A stretch of 64,000 nucleotides of DNA, taken from positions 1,440,001 to 1,504,000 of the forward strand of contig CAXXMB010000001.1 in NCBI GenBank assembly GCA_963668675.2, written 5' to 3'. The notes below the pieces were generated by a model. The model did no database searches, was not told the DNA's origin, and saw nothing but the letters and a program-made list of their open reading frames with translations. The position numbers and the translations under genes were made by a program. This DNA is from an uncultured Desulfatitalea sp. (GTDB lineage Bacteria > Desulfobacterota > Desulfobacteria > Desulfobacterales > Desulfosarcinaceae). Within the stretch, counting starts at the first letter, position 1; each line of letters begins with the position of its first letter. This document shows, piece by piece, positions 39,771 through 50,835 of this stretch.

Positions 39771-41735
39771 ATGTCCCATCGCCCCGAACAGATAGTTGGC
39801 AAAAAGCGCAAACGCGGTAAGGGTTTACTGTGGGCAGCCGTATTGATCGGAGTCGCCTGCGGCGTCATAGCTGGAGTGCTGCTGTCGCTCATCCGCGACC
39901 TACCCCAAATCCAATCGTTGGAGGAGTTCAAACCATCAGCCATTACGAGGGTCTACTCTTCCGACCAAGTCCTGCTTGCCGAACTCTTCATCGAAAGAAG
40001 AGATCCCGTTCCACTCGAACAGATACCCGCTTTCCTGAAAACAGCTTTACTGACCACCGAAGACCGAAAATTCTATCGGCATAGCGGAATTGATATTAAA
40101 GGTATTCTTAGAGCGGCTTATAAGAACATCGTTCGCAGGCGCTTCTCCGAAGGTGCCAGCACCTTGACCCAGCAGCTGGCCAAAACCCTTTTTCTAACAC
40201 CGCGAAAGACCTTTGATCGTAAACTAAAAGAAGCAGCTCTCTCACTGCAACTTGAGCGTCGCTATACCAAAGACGAAATCCTGAAACTCTATCTGAACCA
40301 GATCTACTTCGGCAGCGGTGCCTATGGTGTGGCCTCGGCCGCCAAAATTTACTTCAACAAACCGATACAGGAATTGAAACTGGCCGAGTGCGCCCTCATC
40401 GCAGGCCTGCCAAAGGCACCGTCCCGCTATTCACCGCTCGTCAACCCGGAGTTGGCCGTTCGCCGGCGCAATATCGTCCTCAGGCAGATGCTTACGACCG
40501 AAACGATTGATGAAGCCTCCTACGAGCAGGCAGTGGCATCACCTTTCATTGAACCGAAAAAAAAAGATGCTCATGCCAAAGCGCCCTACTTTGTCAAATA
40601 CGTCAAGAACGCATTGGAAGATCAGCTTGGGGAAAACCTGGTCTACAAAGGTGGGCTGACGGTCTACACCACCCTTGCGGATCGCAAACAGACAGCCGCC
40701 GAGGACGCCGTTGCCGCGGGTTTAGAAAAACTAGGCATCAGGATGCAGCACAACGGACTGCCGGAAGCGGAGCCCCAGGCGGCCCTGGTGGCATTGGATG
40801 TCATCACAGGTGGCATAGTCTCCATGGTCGGAGGGCGGACCGGTGTTGAGGACAGTTTCAACCGGGCGGTTTCCGCCACCCGACAGCCGGGCTCCGCATT
40901 TAAACCCATAGTCTACGCCCTGGCCATCGAACGCGGTTTCCGCCAGGATCAATTGCTACTTGATGCCCCGGTCGTCTTCCACAACGCCTATCAGCAAACC
41001 GATTGGCAGCCTGAAAATTTTTCCAAAAGCTACACCGGCGAGGTCACAATGCGTTGGGCCTTGACCCACTCGAAAAACATACCGGCCGTCAGGCTCATTG
41101 AAAAAATAGGTCCCAGTTCGGTGGTTCAGTTCGCCCATACGTTGGGTATTTCCACCGACCTACAGCCCAACCTGTCGCTGGCCCTGGGAACCTCGGAAAC
41201 CAAACTGCTTGAGTTGACCGCCGCTTACAGCGCTTTCGCCAATAACGGAAAATACATCCGACCCTACGCTATAGTGGAAATCCGCGATGATGAGGGACGC
41301 ACAATCTGGAGGGCCAGACCCGAAGAACGCATTGTCATCTCGAGATCATCCGCAGCGATCGTCACCGACATGTTGACGGGCGTAATGAAGGAGGGCACCG
41401 GACGCAGCGTCAGGAACCTTTACGGTCCTATGGCTGGAAAAACGGGTACGACCAACGAATACCGGGATGCGCTGTTCATCGGCTACTCTCCGACTATCAC
41501 CGCCGGTGTTTGGGTGGGTAATGACGATGCATCGCCCCTCGGTCCCAATGAAACCGGTGCACGAGCGGCGCTGCCCATATGGCAGGATTTCATGCAAGGT
41601 GCCCTGAACGAAGAGACACCATCCTATTTCGATATTCCGGACAACACCACCTACATCTACATCGATCCCAAAAGCGGCCGGGAGGCTCCGCCGACTGTTG
41701 GCATTGCAGTAAAGGCGCTGGTAAAAAAACCTTAA
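39771..41735 (+). CDS. Class A penicillin-binding protein (PBP1A family)
   Basis: EDRKFYRHSG, GASTLTQQ, RK..E, GSAFK (SxxK), SKN, KTGT. Confidence 0.95.
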   Translation: MSHRPEQIVGKKRKRGKGLLWAAVLIGVACGVIAGVLLSLIRDLPQIQSLEEFKPSAITRVYSSDQVLLAELFIERRDPVPLEQIPAFLKTALLTTEDRKFYRHSGIDIKGILRAAYKNIVRRRFSEGASTLTQQLAKTLFLTPRKTFDRKLKEAALSLQLERRYTKDEILKLYLNQIYFGSGAYGVASAAKIYFNKPIQELKLAECALIAGLPKAPSRYSPLVNPELAVRRRNIVLRQMLTTETIDEASYEQAVASPFIEPKKKDAHAKAPYFVKYVKNALEDQLGENLVYKGGLTVYTTLADRKQTAAEDAVAAGLEKLGIRMQHNGLPEAEPQAALVALDVITGGIVSMVGGRTGVEDSFNRAVSATRQPGSAFKPIVYALAIERGFRQDQLLLDAPVVFHNAYQQTDWQPENFSKSYTGEVTMRWALTHSKNIPAVRLIEKIGPSSVVQFAHTLGISTDLQPNLSLALGTSETKLLELTAAYSAFANNGKYIRPYAIVEIRDDEGRTIWRARPEERIVISRSSAAIVTDMLTGVMKEGTGRSVRNLYGPMAGKTGTTNEYRDALFIGYSPTITAGVWVGNDDASPLGPNETGARAALPIWQDFMQGALNEETPSYFDIPDNTTYIYIDPKSGREAPPTVGIAVKALVKKP

Positions 41736-41749
41736 GAAGAGAGGCGGAA

Positions 41750-42091
41750 TCAGGAGTTGACCTGATTGGCATCGTCTCGTTTTGGCAACTTGATTTTTCT
41801 TTGCGCCGCCTCCGGATGCGGACGATAGAGGGTCGCGATATGCCCAACCATGCCGACAAAGTGAGCGGACGTAGCCTTCTGGATGGACTCCACCATCATC
41901 CGTTTGTCGGCCTTTGACTTGTTTTCGATGAATTTGACCTTGATCAGTTCGTGGTGATCCAGCGCTTCTTCCAAGGAGAGAACGACCATCTCGGTAACCC
42001 CCTTCTGACCGATCAAAATTACGGGCTTCAGAGGATGAGCCAATGCTCGCAGATAGTTAAGCTGGTAACCTTTCAGCTTATCAGTCGCCAT
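41750..42091 (-). CDS. yhbY: YhbY/CRM RNA-binding protein
   Basis: LRALAHPLKPV..IGQKG, HELIKVKF, GHIATLYR. Confidence 0.92.
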   Translation of the reverse strand: MATDKLKGYQLNYLRALAHPLKPVILIGQKGVTEMVVLSLEEALDHHELIKVKFIENKSKADKRMMVESIQKATSAHFVGMVGHIATLYRPHPEAAQRKIKLPKRDDANQVNS

Positions 42092-42101
42092 CTTTCGCGG
42101 A

Positions 42102-42353
42102 TTAACGCCTTCTGATTCTTTCGACAATGAATTCAACCTCGGACTCCATCTCATTCACTTTCTGGGACACCTGCATGACAGCAGAATCGGTACTGATCGC
42201 AACACTTTCAACCGAATCAAGGGTAGAAGCAATTTTGGCGTTCTTGGCATTGAGATCACTTAGCTGGTCGTTGATTTGAAACAAAAAAATCGTGATGATG
42301 ACAAGCCATAGCGTAACGACAATTGCTTTCCACTCCTTTTTCAAGAACGCCAT
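42102..42353 (-). CDS. Small single-TM coiled-coil hypothetical protein
   Basis: N-terminal hydrophobic helix then heptad-like region; RBS GAGGGAG; 10 nt from yhbY. Confidence 0.7.
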   Translation of the reverse strand: MAFLKKEWKAIVVTLWLVIITIFLFQINDQLSDLNAKNAKIASTLDSVESVAISTDSAVMQVSQKVNEMESEVEFIVERIRRR

Positions 42354-42661
42354 AAGATAACTCCCTCACTCGATGTTGAATGGGTTTACGATCGGATGGG
42401 TACCAATTCTTTGAGTATGCGCTACCCATATGCATAACGGTTTCCTTGGTCATTGACAAGCATTTTTCATAGTTTCATTGATATCTCACTGATTATATGA
42501 TATTTTGCCTTTTGATTTCCGTATTACTCCAGAACAAATTGTGTGTGCCGCAACTTAAATCGCCCCAGCCCGTAAGGGTTCTCTACCATGAGATACGCGG
42601 CAAGGGGGAAAACAACCTAAACCATCTGCTACTCTTTTCGCAACCGCAAGTGGGAGACGCT

Positions 42662-43003
42662 ATGGGCACGGATGATTCAGACGAAAGCAGACCTGAGAGA
42701 AGAGCGGAAGCACGGGCAATGGATGGACGGTTCTACAGCGTCCAGTTCACGACGGAAGGGCTCGCTTCTTTTTACCAATTCAAACTATGGAACATCTCTC
42801 CCAAAGGGATTTGCATCTTGGTGAAGGAGGAGTCTGAGGTACTCAACCATCTTAACGTCGGGGACACTATCGAGATGAGCTACTTCCTGGCCGATTCCCC
42901 AGGCGCGTTCGAAAATATAAAAACGCAAATCAAACACATTACCAAAAATGAAGATGGCCGTTTCCAAGGGCACTACCTCGTTGGACTGGCCACCCTCCCC
43001 TGA
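42662..43003 (+). CDS. Stand-alone PilZ-domain protein
   Basis: RAEAR (RxxxR) and NISPKG (D/NxSxxG); C-terminal YLVGL strand; RBS GGGAG. Confidence 0.75.
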   Translation: MGTDDSDESRPERRAEARAMDGRFYSVQFTTEGLASFYQFKLWNISPKGICILVKEESEVLNHLNVGDTIEMSYFLADSPGAFENIKTQIKHITKNEDGRFQGHYLVGLATLP

Positions 43004-43137
43004 TCACCCCTCTCGTCACCGTGCAATAGCTTGAGGACGCCAGATCCCAAGAGTTGTTGGCAAGAGATCGCGGTAGTCCATTGCGGCTGCACCCTTGACA
43101 CCGGACTCACCAGATCTGGAACCTCGGAAGTTGAATT

Positions 43138-44199
43138 CTATGTATAGATGAAGCTGACGGGCAGCGGCGGATATTTCATGACACCCGGCTTGGTCAAGAT
43201 GTGCTCCTGGCCGACGGTGAGCCAGTTGACGTCCGGATTGATCTCACGCAATTTGCCATCATCCGGTGGGCGCGCATGATTGGTGTATGCATATGAGACC
43301 TGAAAAATACAAATCCCCTTCTTTCCGTCCCGCGCCACCACATAATTCTTCTTGAATGTGGGCAGTGTCAAGCTGTTGGCAACAGCAAGCTGCTGCATAT
43401 CATCTTCGCTCAACGGCATCAGGATCGCTTTGGATATCCCCCTCTCGGATATACGAATCAGGGCTCGCGACTCACTGCTACCGACATAGACCGTAGAGAT
43501 GCAGGGAATCCGCTTCAGATATTGTGCCGCGACGATGGCAGCCGTGCGCCTACCGCCCACCATCACTGGCACGCCGTAGTATTCAAACAGCTTTTTCTGA
43601 ACCGTCTCTGCATACTGGTCGCCCTTTTCATATAGGTCTTTGGAGATATATCGCAATGTCTGGGCCAGATCTTCGGCAGCCTCCGTGATGGGCCAGTCGA
43701 TACGCACATGAAAATGGGAGAGCACGTAGCGGTTTTTCAGCTGGCTGCCAGGGTCGCGTTGAATCAGCAACGCGTAATCGACAGGCAGCAGTCCGCGCAA
43801 GAAATTGTAAAAATGGGCCGATTCGATATACTTTTGATTGCGGTCGAAGCTGTCCGGCAGGGGCAGCGCTTTAATCTGCAACAGGTTTTTCTTGGTGGTC
43901 TTGTTCAAATTGAAAAACCGGACATACTTCTTGTAATGCGCGGGTATGGTCTCCTCCACAAAAATCACAAGAAATGTGTTCTGGTGCTCATGCTCCAGGC
44001 TGGGGATACGCGCCCTCGGCTTGAGCTCCCGTTTCTCCACGAACGGGTATGGGGTGCCGCTGTTCAAAAACCGCGTGTAGGATTGGACCAGGGCGTAATC
44101 AAGAACGAACTGGTCCATGTCGTCCCTAAGCAGTTCGTAGTATGATCTGCGCAGTCTATTAACCTGGCTCAGCTCTTCTCTGACACTCCAAAAAGCCAA
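43138..44199 (-). CDS. Hypothetical protein (353 aa, soluble)
   Basis: Long ORF with host-like codon use; TTG start with RBS AGGAG; no family recognised. Confidence 0.8.
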   Translation of the reverse strand: MAFWSVREELSQVNRLRRSYYELLRDDMDQFVLDYALVQSYTRFLNSGTPYPFVEKRELKPRARIPSLEHEHQNTFLVIFVEETIPAHYKKYVRFFNLNKTTKKNLLQIKALPLPDSFDRNQKYIESAHFYNFLRGLLPVDYALLIQRDPGSQLKNRYVLSHFHVRIDWPITEAAEDLAQTLRYISKDLYEKGDQYAETVQKKLFEYYGVPVMVGGRRTAAIVAAQYLKRIPCISTVYVGSSESRALIRISERGISKAILMPLSEDDMQQLAVANSLTLPTFKKNYVVARDGKKGICIFQVSYAYTNHARPPDDGKLREINPDVNWLTVGQEHILTKPGVMKYPPLPVSFIYT

Positions 44200-44464
44200 T
44201 CTTCTCTCCTGAAACGGTTGGATTCATTTTGGGCATTCGGTGATAGGTGGCGGCACATTATTCTACGTATTCAGTAATCACACGCCGACGAGAGACAATG
44301 GGTAAAACTCGCTTCAACAGTGAGGGAGGAGATTCAGCTTCAGGGCAGATAGCGTGCGATACGTATGCATTTCTTCGAACTTTACCACTAATTAAGGGTA
44401 GCGTCAATTACACTCCCCCTCAACTACTCCGGTTTAAAGGCCAGCCTTATCTAACGGTTCGAAG

Positions 44465-45661
44465 CTATCGGTCGGTCAATGCTTCAACGCCTGGCAGCGC
44501 CTTGCCTTCCAGGAATTCCAGGGATGCTCCCCCCCCCGTGGAGATGTGAGAGATCCTGTCGGCAACGCCGGCTTTCACTGCGGCTGCCGCCGAATCTCCT
44601 CCGCCAATGACCGAAATAGCGCCATGGTCGGTCATATCGGACAACAGCCTCGCAATTGCAAAGGTTCCTTCAGCCGTCTCCTCGATCTCAAAAACCCCCA
44701 TCGGGCCATTCCAGACGATCGTCTTTGCCTCTTTAAGCACGTTGCCGAACAGGGCAATAGTGGCCGGCCCGATATCGAGACCGGCCGCATCCTTAGGAAT
44801 AGATTCGACATCCACCGTCTCTATCTGCTCCACCCTTCCAGCCTTGATATCGAACTGACTGCTGACACGGCAGTCAACGGGCAGGAGCAGTTTGTCTCCG
44901 GCGAGTGTCAAAATATCTCCGGCCATGTCGATGCGATCCTCTTCGAGCAGACTTCTCCCAACACCTAACCCTTTAGCGTGCAAGAAGGTAAACATCATAC
45001 CGCCGCCAACCAGAAGCCGATCCACCTTGGGCAGCAGATTCTGGATGACGTCGATCTTACCCGAAATCTTGGCGCCTCCCAGAATAGCCACAAATGGAGC
45101 CTGAGGCGATGCCATGACCCCACCGATGTACTCAAGCTCTTTCATCATCAGGAAACCGGCAGCGCACGGCTGCAAATGGTGGGTCACCCCCTCGGTAGAA
45201 GCGTGTGCCCGATGTGCCGTTCCGAAGGCGTCATTGACGTATAGGTCGCCTAGCGCCGCAAGCTTCCGGGCAAAATCAGCGTCGTTCTTGGTCTCTTCAT
45301 TGTAGAAGCGCAGATTTTCAAGAAGCAATATCTGCCCGGCGGCCATACGATCGACCGAAGCATTTACCGTCGGCCCTATGCAATCATCGACGAAGTCCAC
45401 CTGCGCATTCAACAGTGACGACAACACCTGAGCACACGGCCGAAGGGACAGCTCCGTCTTGCGTTCGCCCTTGGGGCGGCCCAGGTGGGACATCAGAATC
45501 AACTTACCCCCCTGATCGATGATGTAGCGAATCGTCGGCAGTGCCGCACGAATACGGCTGTCGTCTGCCACCGCGCCATCCTTCAACGGCACGTTGAAAT
45601 CCACGCGCATCAACACCCTTTTGTCTTTCAGGGTCAGATCCCTCACACTCATCTTGGGCAT
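44465..45661 (-). CDS. pgk: Phosphoglycerate kinase
   Basis: [55 protein letters not shown]. Confidence 0.98.
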   Translation of the reverse strand: MPKMSVRDLTLKDKRVLMRVDFNVPLKDGAVADDSRIRAALPTIRYIIDQGGKLILMSHLGRPKGERKTELSLRPCAQVLSSLLNAQVDFVDDCIGPTVNASVDRMAAGQILLLENLRFYNEETKNDADFARKLAALGDLYVNDAFGTAHRAHASTEGVTHHLQPCAAGFLMMKELEYIGGVMASPQAPFVAILGGAKISGKIDVIQNLLPKVDRLLVGGGMMFTFLHAKGLGVGRSLLEEDRIDMAGDILTLAGDKLLLPVDCRVSSQFDIKAGRVEQIETVDVESIPKDAAGLDIGPATIALFGNVLKEAKTIVWNGPMGVFEIEETAEGTFAIARLLSDMTDHGAISVIGGGDSAAAAVKAGVADRISHISTGGGASLEFLEGKALPGVEALTDR

Positions 45662-45718
45662 ACACACCTCCTGACGATGATAGGGTTGATCTATATTACT
45701 ATGAACTGATAGGAACAG

Positions 45719-46012
45719 CTATGTGCTCTTTTTCTTTTCGATTGAGTGCTTCAGACGATGAATGCTCTTCTTCTGGGACCATCTTTGAAAAAAGCCCGTG
45801 ACCCCCCCCCGGTAGGCGCGATCGATCATCTCCTCGCGAACATTCAGACCTTTCCTGTGCCCCATGGCCGTACGCAGACAGGGGGTCTTGTGCACGCACT
45901 GCAGGCAATTGACCGGCGTAACACGCAATCCGTCGGATCTCATCGGGAAAACCGTATCCAGATCAGCGAAACACTCCGGTCTCTCTTTAGATTCCTTTTC
46001 GGAAGATGTCAT
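45719..46012 (-). CDS. Small Cys-containing hypothetical protein
   Basis: PECF...C..C....C pattern; sits between gpsA and pgk; RBS GAGG before ATG 46012. Confidence 0.7.
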   Translation of the reverse strand: MTSSEKESKERPECFADLDTVFPMRSDGLRVTPVNCLQCVHKTPCLRTAMGHRKGLNVREEMIDRAYRGGVTGFFQRWSQKKSIHRLKHSIEKKKST

Positions 46013-46070
46013 CGATACCGCCTCGGATGCCAAGCGTCCCGGCCAGCCTCTGTGAGACGAGGTCGGAACA

Positions 46071-47105
46071 CTAGTTCTGGTCGAGTTCGTTCTTCAAGTC
46101 CCGCGTCATCAACTGGTACACCGCCTCTTTGGGGCAGAGGCCTTCATACAAAATGTGATAGACCGCATGACAGATAGGCATCTCCACCGCTTTGCGGCGC
46201 GATAGATTGTAAACGGAACGGGCTGTTTTCACCCCTTCGGCGACCATGCGCATATCCTTGAGCACCTCATCCAGGGTCGCCCCCTGTCCGATCTTTTTCC
46301 CAACCGTATGGTTGCGGCTCAAGTCTCCAGTGCATGTCAAAACCAGATCGCCCAGGCCTGCCGACCCGCTGAAGGTCTGAGGACTGGCTCCCATGGCCTG
46401 TCCCAGTCGGCTGATCTCCGCCAGGCCCCGCGTGATAAGAGCGGCCCGGGTGTTGAGCCCAAGACCGAGTCCATCCACCATACCGGCAGCAATGGCGATG
46501 ACGTTCTTCACGGCCCCGCCCAATTCAACCCCCATCACATCGACGTTGGTGTAAACCCTGAAGAAGGGTGTCGCAAATACGCGCTGGACGAACCCGGCGC
46601 AATCCAAATCTTCTCCGGCAACCGTCACAACGGTCGGTACGCCCCTGGCCACCTCTTTGGCAAAACTGGGCCCGGAAAGCACCAGCAGTCGATTTGTAGC
46701 CAGACCGGTCAACTCCTCCCCGATCACTGCCGACATGGTGAGCAGGGTATCGTTTTCAATCCCCTTGCTGGCCGATACCACTACACTGTCGGAAGAGAGC
46801 CGACCACCGATCTGACGTGTCACTTGGCGCATCACATGCGATGGCACCACCACCAGTATCAGCTCTTTGTTCTCCACCACTCGAAGCAGATCGTTGGAGG
46901 GGTGCAGATTCTTCGACAGCTTGACGCCGGGCAAAAAGACAGTGTTCTCACGCTTCTCTTCGATCACCCTGCACAGGTCTGTTTCAAAAAGCCACCAGTC
47001 CACCTGGTAACCCTTTTCGGCCAATAGGTTGGCCAGAGCAGTCCCCCAGCTTCCACCACCAACCACGCCAATCCTGATATCCGTTACTTCGCTCCAGTTG
47101 CTCAT
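46071..47105 (-). CDS. gpsA: NAD(P)H-dependent glycerol-3-phosphate dehydrogenase
   Basis: GGGSWGTALA, SKGIE, LSGPSFA, GAVKNVIAI, GLGDLVLTC...SRN. Confidence 0.98.
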   Translation of the reverse strand: MSNWSEVTDIRIGVVGGGSWGTALANLLAEKGYQVDWWLFETDLCRVIEEKRENTVFLPGVKLSKNLHPSNDLLRVVENKELILVVVPSHVMRQVTRQIGGRLSSDSVVVSASKGIENDTLLTMSAVIGEELTGLATNRLLVLSGPSFAKEVARGVPTVVTVAGEDLDCAGFVQRVFATPFFRVYTNVDVMGVELGGAVKNVIAIAAGMVDGLGLGLNTRAALITRGLAEISRLGQAMGASPQTFSGSAGLGDLVLTCTGDLSRNHTVGKKIGQGATLDEVLKDMRMVAEGVKTARSVYNLSRRKAVEMPICHAVYHILYEGLCPKEAVYQLMTRDLKNELDQN

Positions 47106-47170
47106 CTCTCGATCTACACTGCCTTTTTAAACAGATTGAGTCCATGGGTGCTGATCATATCCATTGGCGA

Positions 47171-49639
47171 TCACTCTTCGCCGTTCTCATCACCGTTCTC
47201 CTCGCCGTTCTCATCCTCCTCCTTCTCGGCAAGCCCTGCGGCCATGACGACCCGCTCACCGGGGTCCATGCCGATCAACCGAACCCCCTGGGTGTTGCGG
47301 CTGATGACGGAGATATGATCGACAGGCATTCGAATGATCTTGCCGCGATCCGTAACCAGCATGATGTCGTCGTCCTCCTTTGCCTCCAGGATGCCGACCA
47401 CCTTGCCGTTGCGCTCGTTGGTCTTAATTGTGATGACCCCTTTGCCGCCACGCTTATGCACCGGGTACTCGTCAATGGAGGTACGCTTACCGAATCCGTT
47501 CTCCGTTACAGCAAACAGTGTCTGCCCATAGAGGACCACCTCCATGCCCACGATCAGATCACCCGGATCGAGTCGCATGCCACGCACTCCCTTCGATAGG
47601 CGGCCGCTAGCTCGAATCTCCGACTCATGGAAACGGATGGACTTGCCCGTGGCCGACCCGAGAAAGACATTGTGGGTGCCGTCTGTGATGCGCACCGCGA
47701 TCAGCTCATCGCCAGGCGCCAACCCCAAGGCAATGATGCCGCCGGTCCTGGGCCGTGAAAAGGCCATGAGGTCTGTCTTTTTGACAGTGCCGGCCCTGGT
47801 CGCCATGAGTACGTAGTGGCCGGGATCGAACGAGGGCACTGCCAGAACCGTCGTCATGTGCTCGCCCTCTTCAAAGTTGAGCAGATTCACGATCGCCTTG
47901 CCCCTGCTCGTACGGCCGGCCTGGGGGATATCATACACTTTGCACCAGTAGACTTTGCCCCGGTTGGTAAAAAAGAGAAAGGAGTGATGCGTGGAAGCAA
48001 CAAACAAATGGGAGACGAAATCCTCGTCCTTCATCCCCATTCCTGTCTTTCCTTTGCCCCCTCGCCTCTGGGATTGGTAGAGGGTGATCGGATTGCGCTT
48101 GATGTATCCCGAGCTGGAGATGGTCACCACCATATCCTCTTCGGCGATCATGTCCTCGAGGGTCAATTCCCGCGCACTCTCTACGATTTCGGAGCGGCGG
48201 GCATCTCCGAATTGGGTCTTGAGTTCGACCAGGTCGTCCTTGATCAAATTGAGCACCAACTGCTCGCTGGCCAAAATCGCTTTGAAGCGTTCAATATCTT
48301 TAAGTACCGAGTTGTACTCCTCTATGATCTTGTCACGCTCAAGGCCGGTCAGTCGCTGCAGTCGCATATCGAGAATGGCCTGGGCCTGGATGGTGGAAAG
48401 ACCGAAGGCCTCGATCAGACGCTCCTTGGCCTCGGCAGGCGTCTTCGACTCGCGAATCATCTTCACCACCGCATCGAGGTTCTCCAGGGCGATCTTGAGC
48501 CCTTCCAGGATGTGAGCACGCTCTTCGGCTTTTCTCAAATCGAACTGCGTGCGCCGGATGATCACCTCTTTGCGATGGTCCACGAAATGGGTCAGTATCT
48601 CTTTGAGGCTCAACACCTGCGGCCGTTGCCGCACCACGGCCAGAAAGATAATACCGAAACTGTTCTCCATCTGGGTGTGTTTGTAAAGCTGGTTGACGAT
48701 CACCCCGGAGACGCTGCCTCGTTTAAGGGCGATGGCAATGCGCATGCCGTCCCGGTCGGACTCATCGCGGACATAGCTGATCCCCTCCAGGTGCTTGTCC
48801 TTGACCAGCTCGGCGATCTTGGAGATCAAGCGGGCCTTGTTGACCTGGTAGGGAATCTCGTCCACGACGATGGTCTCCTGCCCGTTTCGCTCTGTTTCGA
48901 TTCGTATCCTGGCCCTTATACGAATAATACCGCGTCCGGTACGATAGGCGTCTATAATACCCGATTTGCCGTAAATGATCCCGCCGGTGGGAAAATCGGG
49001 GCCTGGCAGAAATTGCATCAATTCGTCGCAGGTCATTTCCGGCTCATCGATCAACGCAATGGTTGCATCCACGACCTCCGACATATTGTGCGGCGGAATA
49101 TTGGTTGCCATTCCCACGGCGATACCCGATGAACCGTTCACCAGCAGGGCCGGCACTTTGGCCGGCATCACCGCTGGTTCGTCCAGCGACTCATCGTAGT
49201 TGGGCACGAAATCGACGGTCTCCTTGTCCAGATCCTCCATCATCTCGTGGGCCAGGCGCGTCATGCGCACCTCTGTATAACGCATGGCCGCCGGGGAGTC
49301 TCCGTCTATGGAGCCGAAGTTGCCCTGCCCGTCGACCAGGGTGTAGCGCATCGAAAAGTCCTGGGCCATGCGCACGATGGTATCGTAAACGGCAGTGTCA
49401 CCATGGGGATGGTACTTACCAATCACGTCGCCGACAATACGTGCCGACTTTTTGTAGGCTTTGTTATAGTCGTTCTTCAGCTCGCGCATTGCAAAGAGCA
49501 CGCGTCGATGGACCGGCTTGAGCCCGTCCCGCACGTCCGGCAATGCCCGTCCGATGATCACGCTCATGGCATAATCGAGATAGGACTTTTTCATCTCCTT
49601 CTCGATGCTTACCACGGGCTGGGAATCCGATGTCGTCAT
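47171..49639 (-). CDS. gyrA: DNA gyrase subunit A
   Basis: [29 protein letters not shown], GyrA-box QRRGGKG, acidic tail. Confidence 0.98.
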   Translation of the reverse strand: MTTSDSQPVVSIEKEMKKSYLDYAMSVIIGRALPDVRDGLKPVHRRVLFAMRELKNDYNKAYKKSARIVGDVIGKYHPHGDTAVYDTIVRMAQDFSMRYTLVDGQGNFGSIDGDSPAAMRYTEVRMTRLAHEMMEDLDKETVDFVPNYDESLDEPAVMPAKVPALLVNGSSGIAVGMATNIPPHNMSEVVDATIALIDEPEMTCDELMQFLPGPDFPTGGIIYGKSGIIDAYRTGRGIIRIRARIRIETERNGQETIVVDEIPYQVNKARLISKIAELVKDKHLEGISYVRDESDRDGMRIAIALKRGSVSGVIVNQLYKHTQMENSFGIIFLAVVRQRPQVLSLKEILTHFVDHRKEVIIRRTQFDLRKAEERAHILEGLKIALENLDAVVKMIRESKTPAEAKERLIEAFGLSTIQAQAILDMRLQRLTGLERDKIIEEYNSVLKDIERFKAILASEQLVLNLIKDDLVELKTQFGDARRSEIVESARELTLEDMIAEEDMVVTISSSGYIKRNPITLYQSQRRGGKGKTGMGMKDEDFVSHLFVASTHHSFLFFTNRGKVYWCKVYDIPQAGRTSRGKAIVNLLNFEEGEHMTTVLAVPSFDPGHYVLMATRAGTVKKTDLMAFSRPRTGGIIALGLAPGDELIAVRITDGTHNVFLGSATGKSIRFHESEIRASGRLSKGVRGMRLDPGDLIVGMEVVLYGQTLFAVTENGFGKRTSIDEYPVHKRGGKGVITIKTNERNGKVVGILEAKEDDDIMLVTDRGKIIRMPVDHISVISRNTQGVRLIGMDPGERVVMAAGLAEKEEDENGEENGDENGEE

Positions 49640-49752
49640 AGTGTTACCTTTCGAGTGTCATCAAACGAAAGAATCCGATGCATATCTCTTTCAACGAGTT
49701 TGGTCGGCTGCCCAAGGCAGCTGTAAAGCCCCATAAAGGGGGGCATCTATTT

Positions 49753-50835
49753 TTACTGCTCTTCTGACTCTACAAACTGCTTGTAGCTGACCCGATAGAT
49801 ATCAGCCATGGTTAAAAAAGCTGTCACCACCAGTGGCCCATAGATGATCCCTAATATCCCGAAAAGCTTCAAGCCGCCGATGATGGCAAAAAAAATCAAC
49901 AGGGGATGAATCTTCACCTGTTTGCCCACCAGCCTCGGTTTAAAGAGATATTCCGTTCCCCCGGAGACAATCAAATAGAAAACAGCAAAAAAGATAGCTG
50001 TGGCAATGCGTCCTTTAACAAACAGGTAGACCACCGTGGGGATGAACACCGCACCGATGCCGACAATGGGGATAAATGCCAGCAACCCCATGATGACGCC
50101 CCATAAGAAGGCGGACTGAAATCCGAAAATCCAAAAAAGAAACCCGCCCAAGCCCCCCTGAATCAGCCCACCGAGACCGTTTCCGATCAAAATGGCATGG
50201 GCCATCTCCTTGAACTTGACGATCAGCATCTTCTCCTGGTCCGTCGGCAGTGGCGATAGATCGATAATATAACTCAAAAGCCGTTCGCCATCGAGAAGCA
50301 GGAAAAAAATCACCATCAGGATCAGAAAAAAGTTGATCACAAACGTCAGGGTGTTGGATGCCACCGCCCGGGCCTGGTCATAAAGAAAGAGCCCTACGAA
50401 CTTCCCGATCTCGGATACCGCGTTTTTGATCTGTTCACCGGTGAGTTCATAATTAAAATTGGCCAACACCGCATTGGCCCGATCGAGAACCTGGGAATCC
50501 CTCAACAACGCATTCACCTGGTCACTGAGCACCGCCCCTTTGGCCATCTGATAGAGACCGAAAGCCTGCTGCGTCAGACTGCCCACGAAAAAAACAATAG
50601 GAACAAAGAGAATCACAAAGATCAAAAGGCAGGTCAAAAAAGCCGCCATCGGAGGCCCGATCTTTTGGTACCTCTGGATCACCCGGTAGAGCGGATAGCT
50701 GATACCGCTGACCACCGCTCCCAGAATGAGAATAGGGAAGAAAGGTTTCAGAAGCCAGCCAAGCACGATAAAAGTCCCGACAAAGCAGACCAGAAAGAAC
50801 CACAATATTAGATTTCGGGTGTTCAACTCACCCAT
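49753..50835 (-). CDS. AI-2E family transporter
   Basis: Multi-TM, FFLLLDG, IPIVG, KPRLVG, IHPLLIF..IIGG..FG..GIIYGP. Confidence 0.92.
   Translation of the reverse strand: MGELNTRNLILWFFLVCFVGTFIVLGWLLKPFFPILILGAVVSGISYPLYRVIQRYQKIGPPMAAFLTCLLIFVILFVPIVFFVGSLTQQAFGLYQMAKGAVLSDQVNALLRDSQVLDRANAVLANFNYELTGEQIKNAVSEIGKFVGLFLYDQARAVASNTLTFVINFFLILMVIFFLLLDGERLLSYIIDLSPLPTDQEKMLIVKFKEMAHAILIGNGLGGLIQGGLGGFLFWIFGFQSAFLWGVIMGLLAFIPIVGIGAVFIPTVVYLFVKGRIATAIFFAVFYLIVSGGTEYLFKPRLVGKQVKIHPLLIFFAIIGGLKLFGILGIIYGPLVVTAFLTMADIYRVSYKQFVESEEQ

Noticed and set aside
47175..47220. 12-bp tandem repeats at the end of gyrA
   Set aside because: Coding repeat (E/D-E-N-G) of the ordinary acidic GyrA tail; not CRISPR or a contingency locus
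47816..49132. 438-aa plus-strand ORF
   Set aside because: Antisense shadow of gyrA caused by GC3 bias; no motifs or RBS
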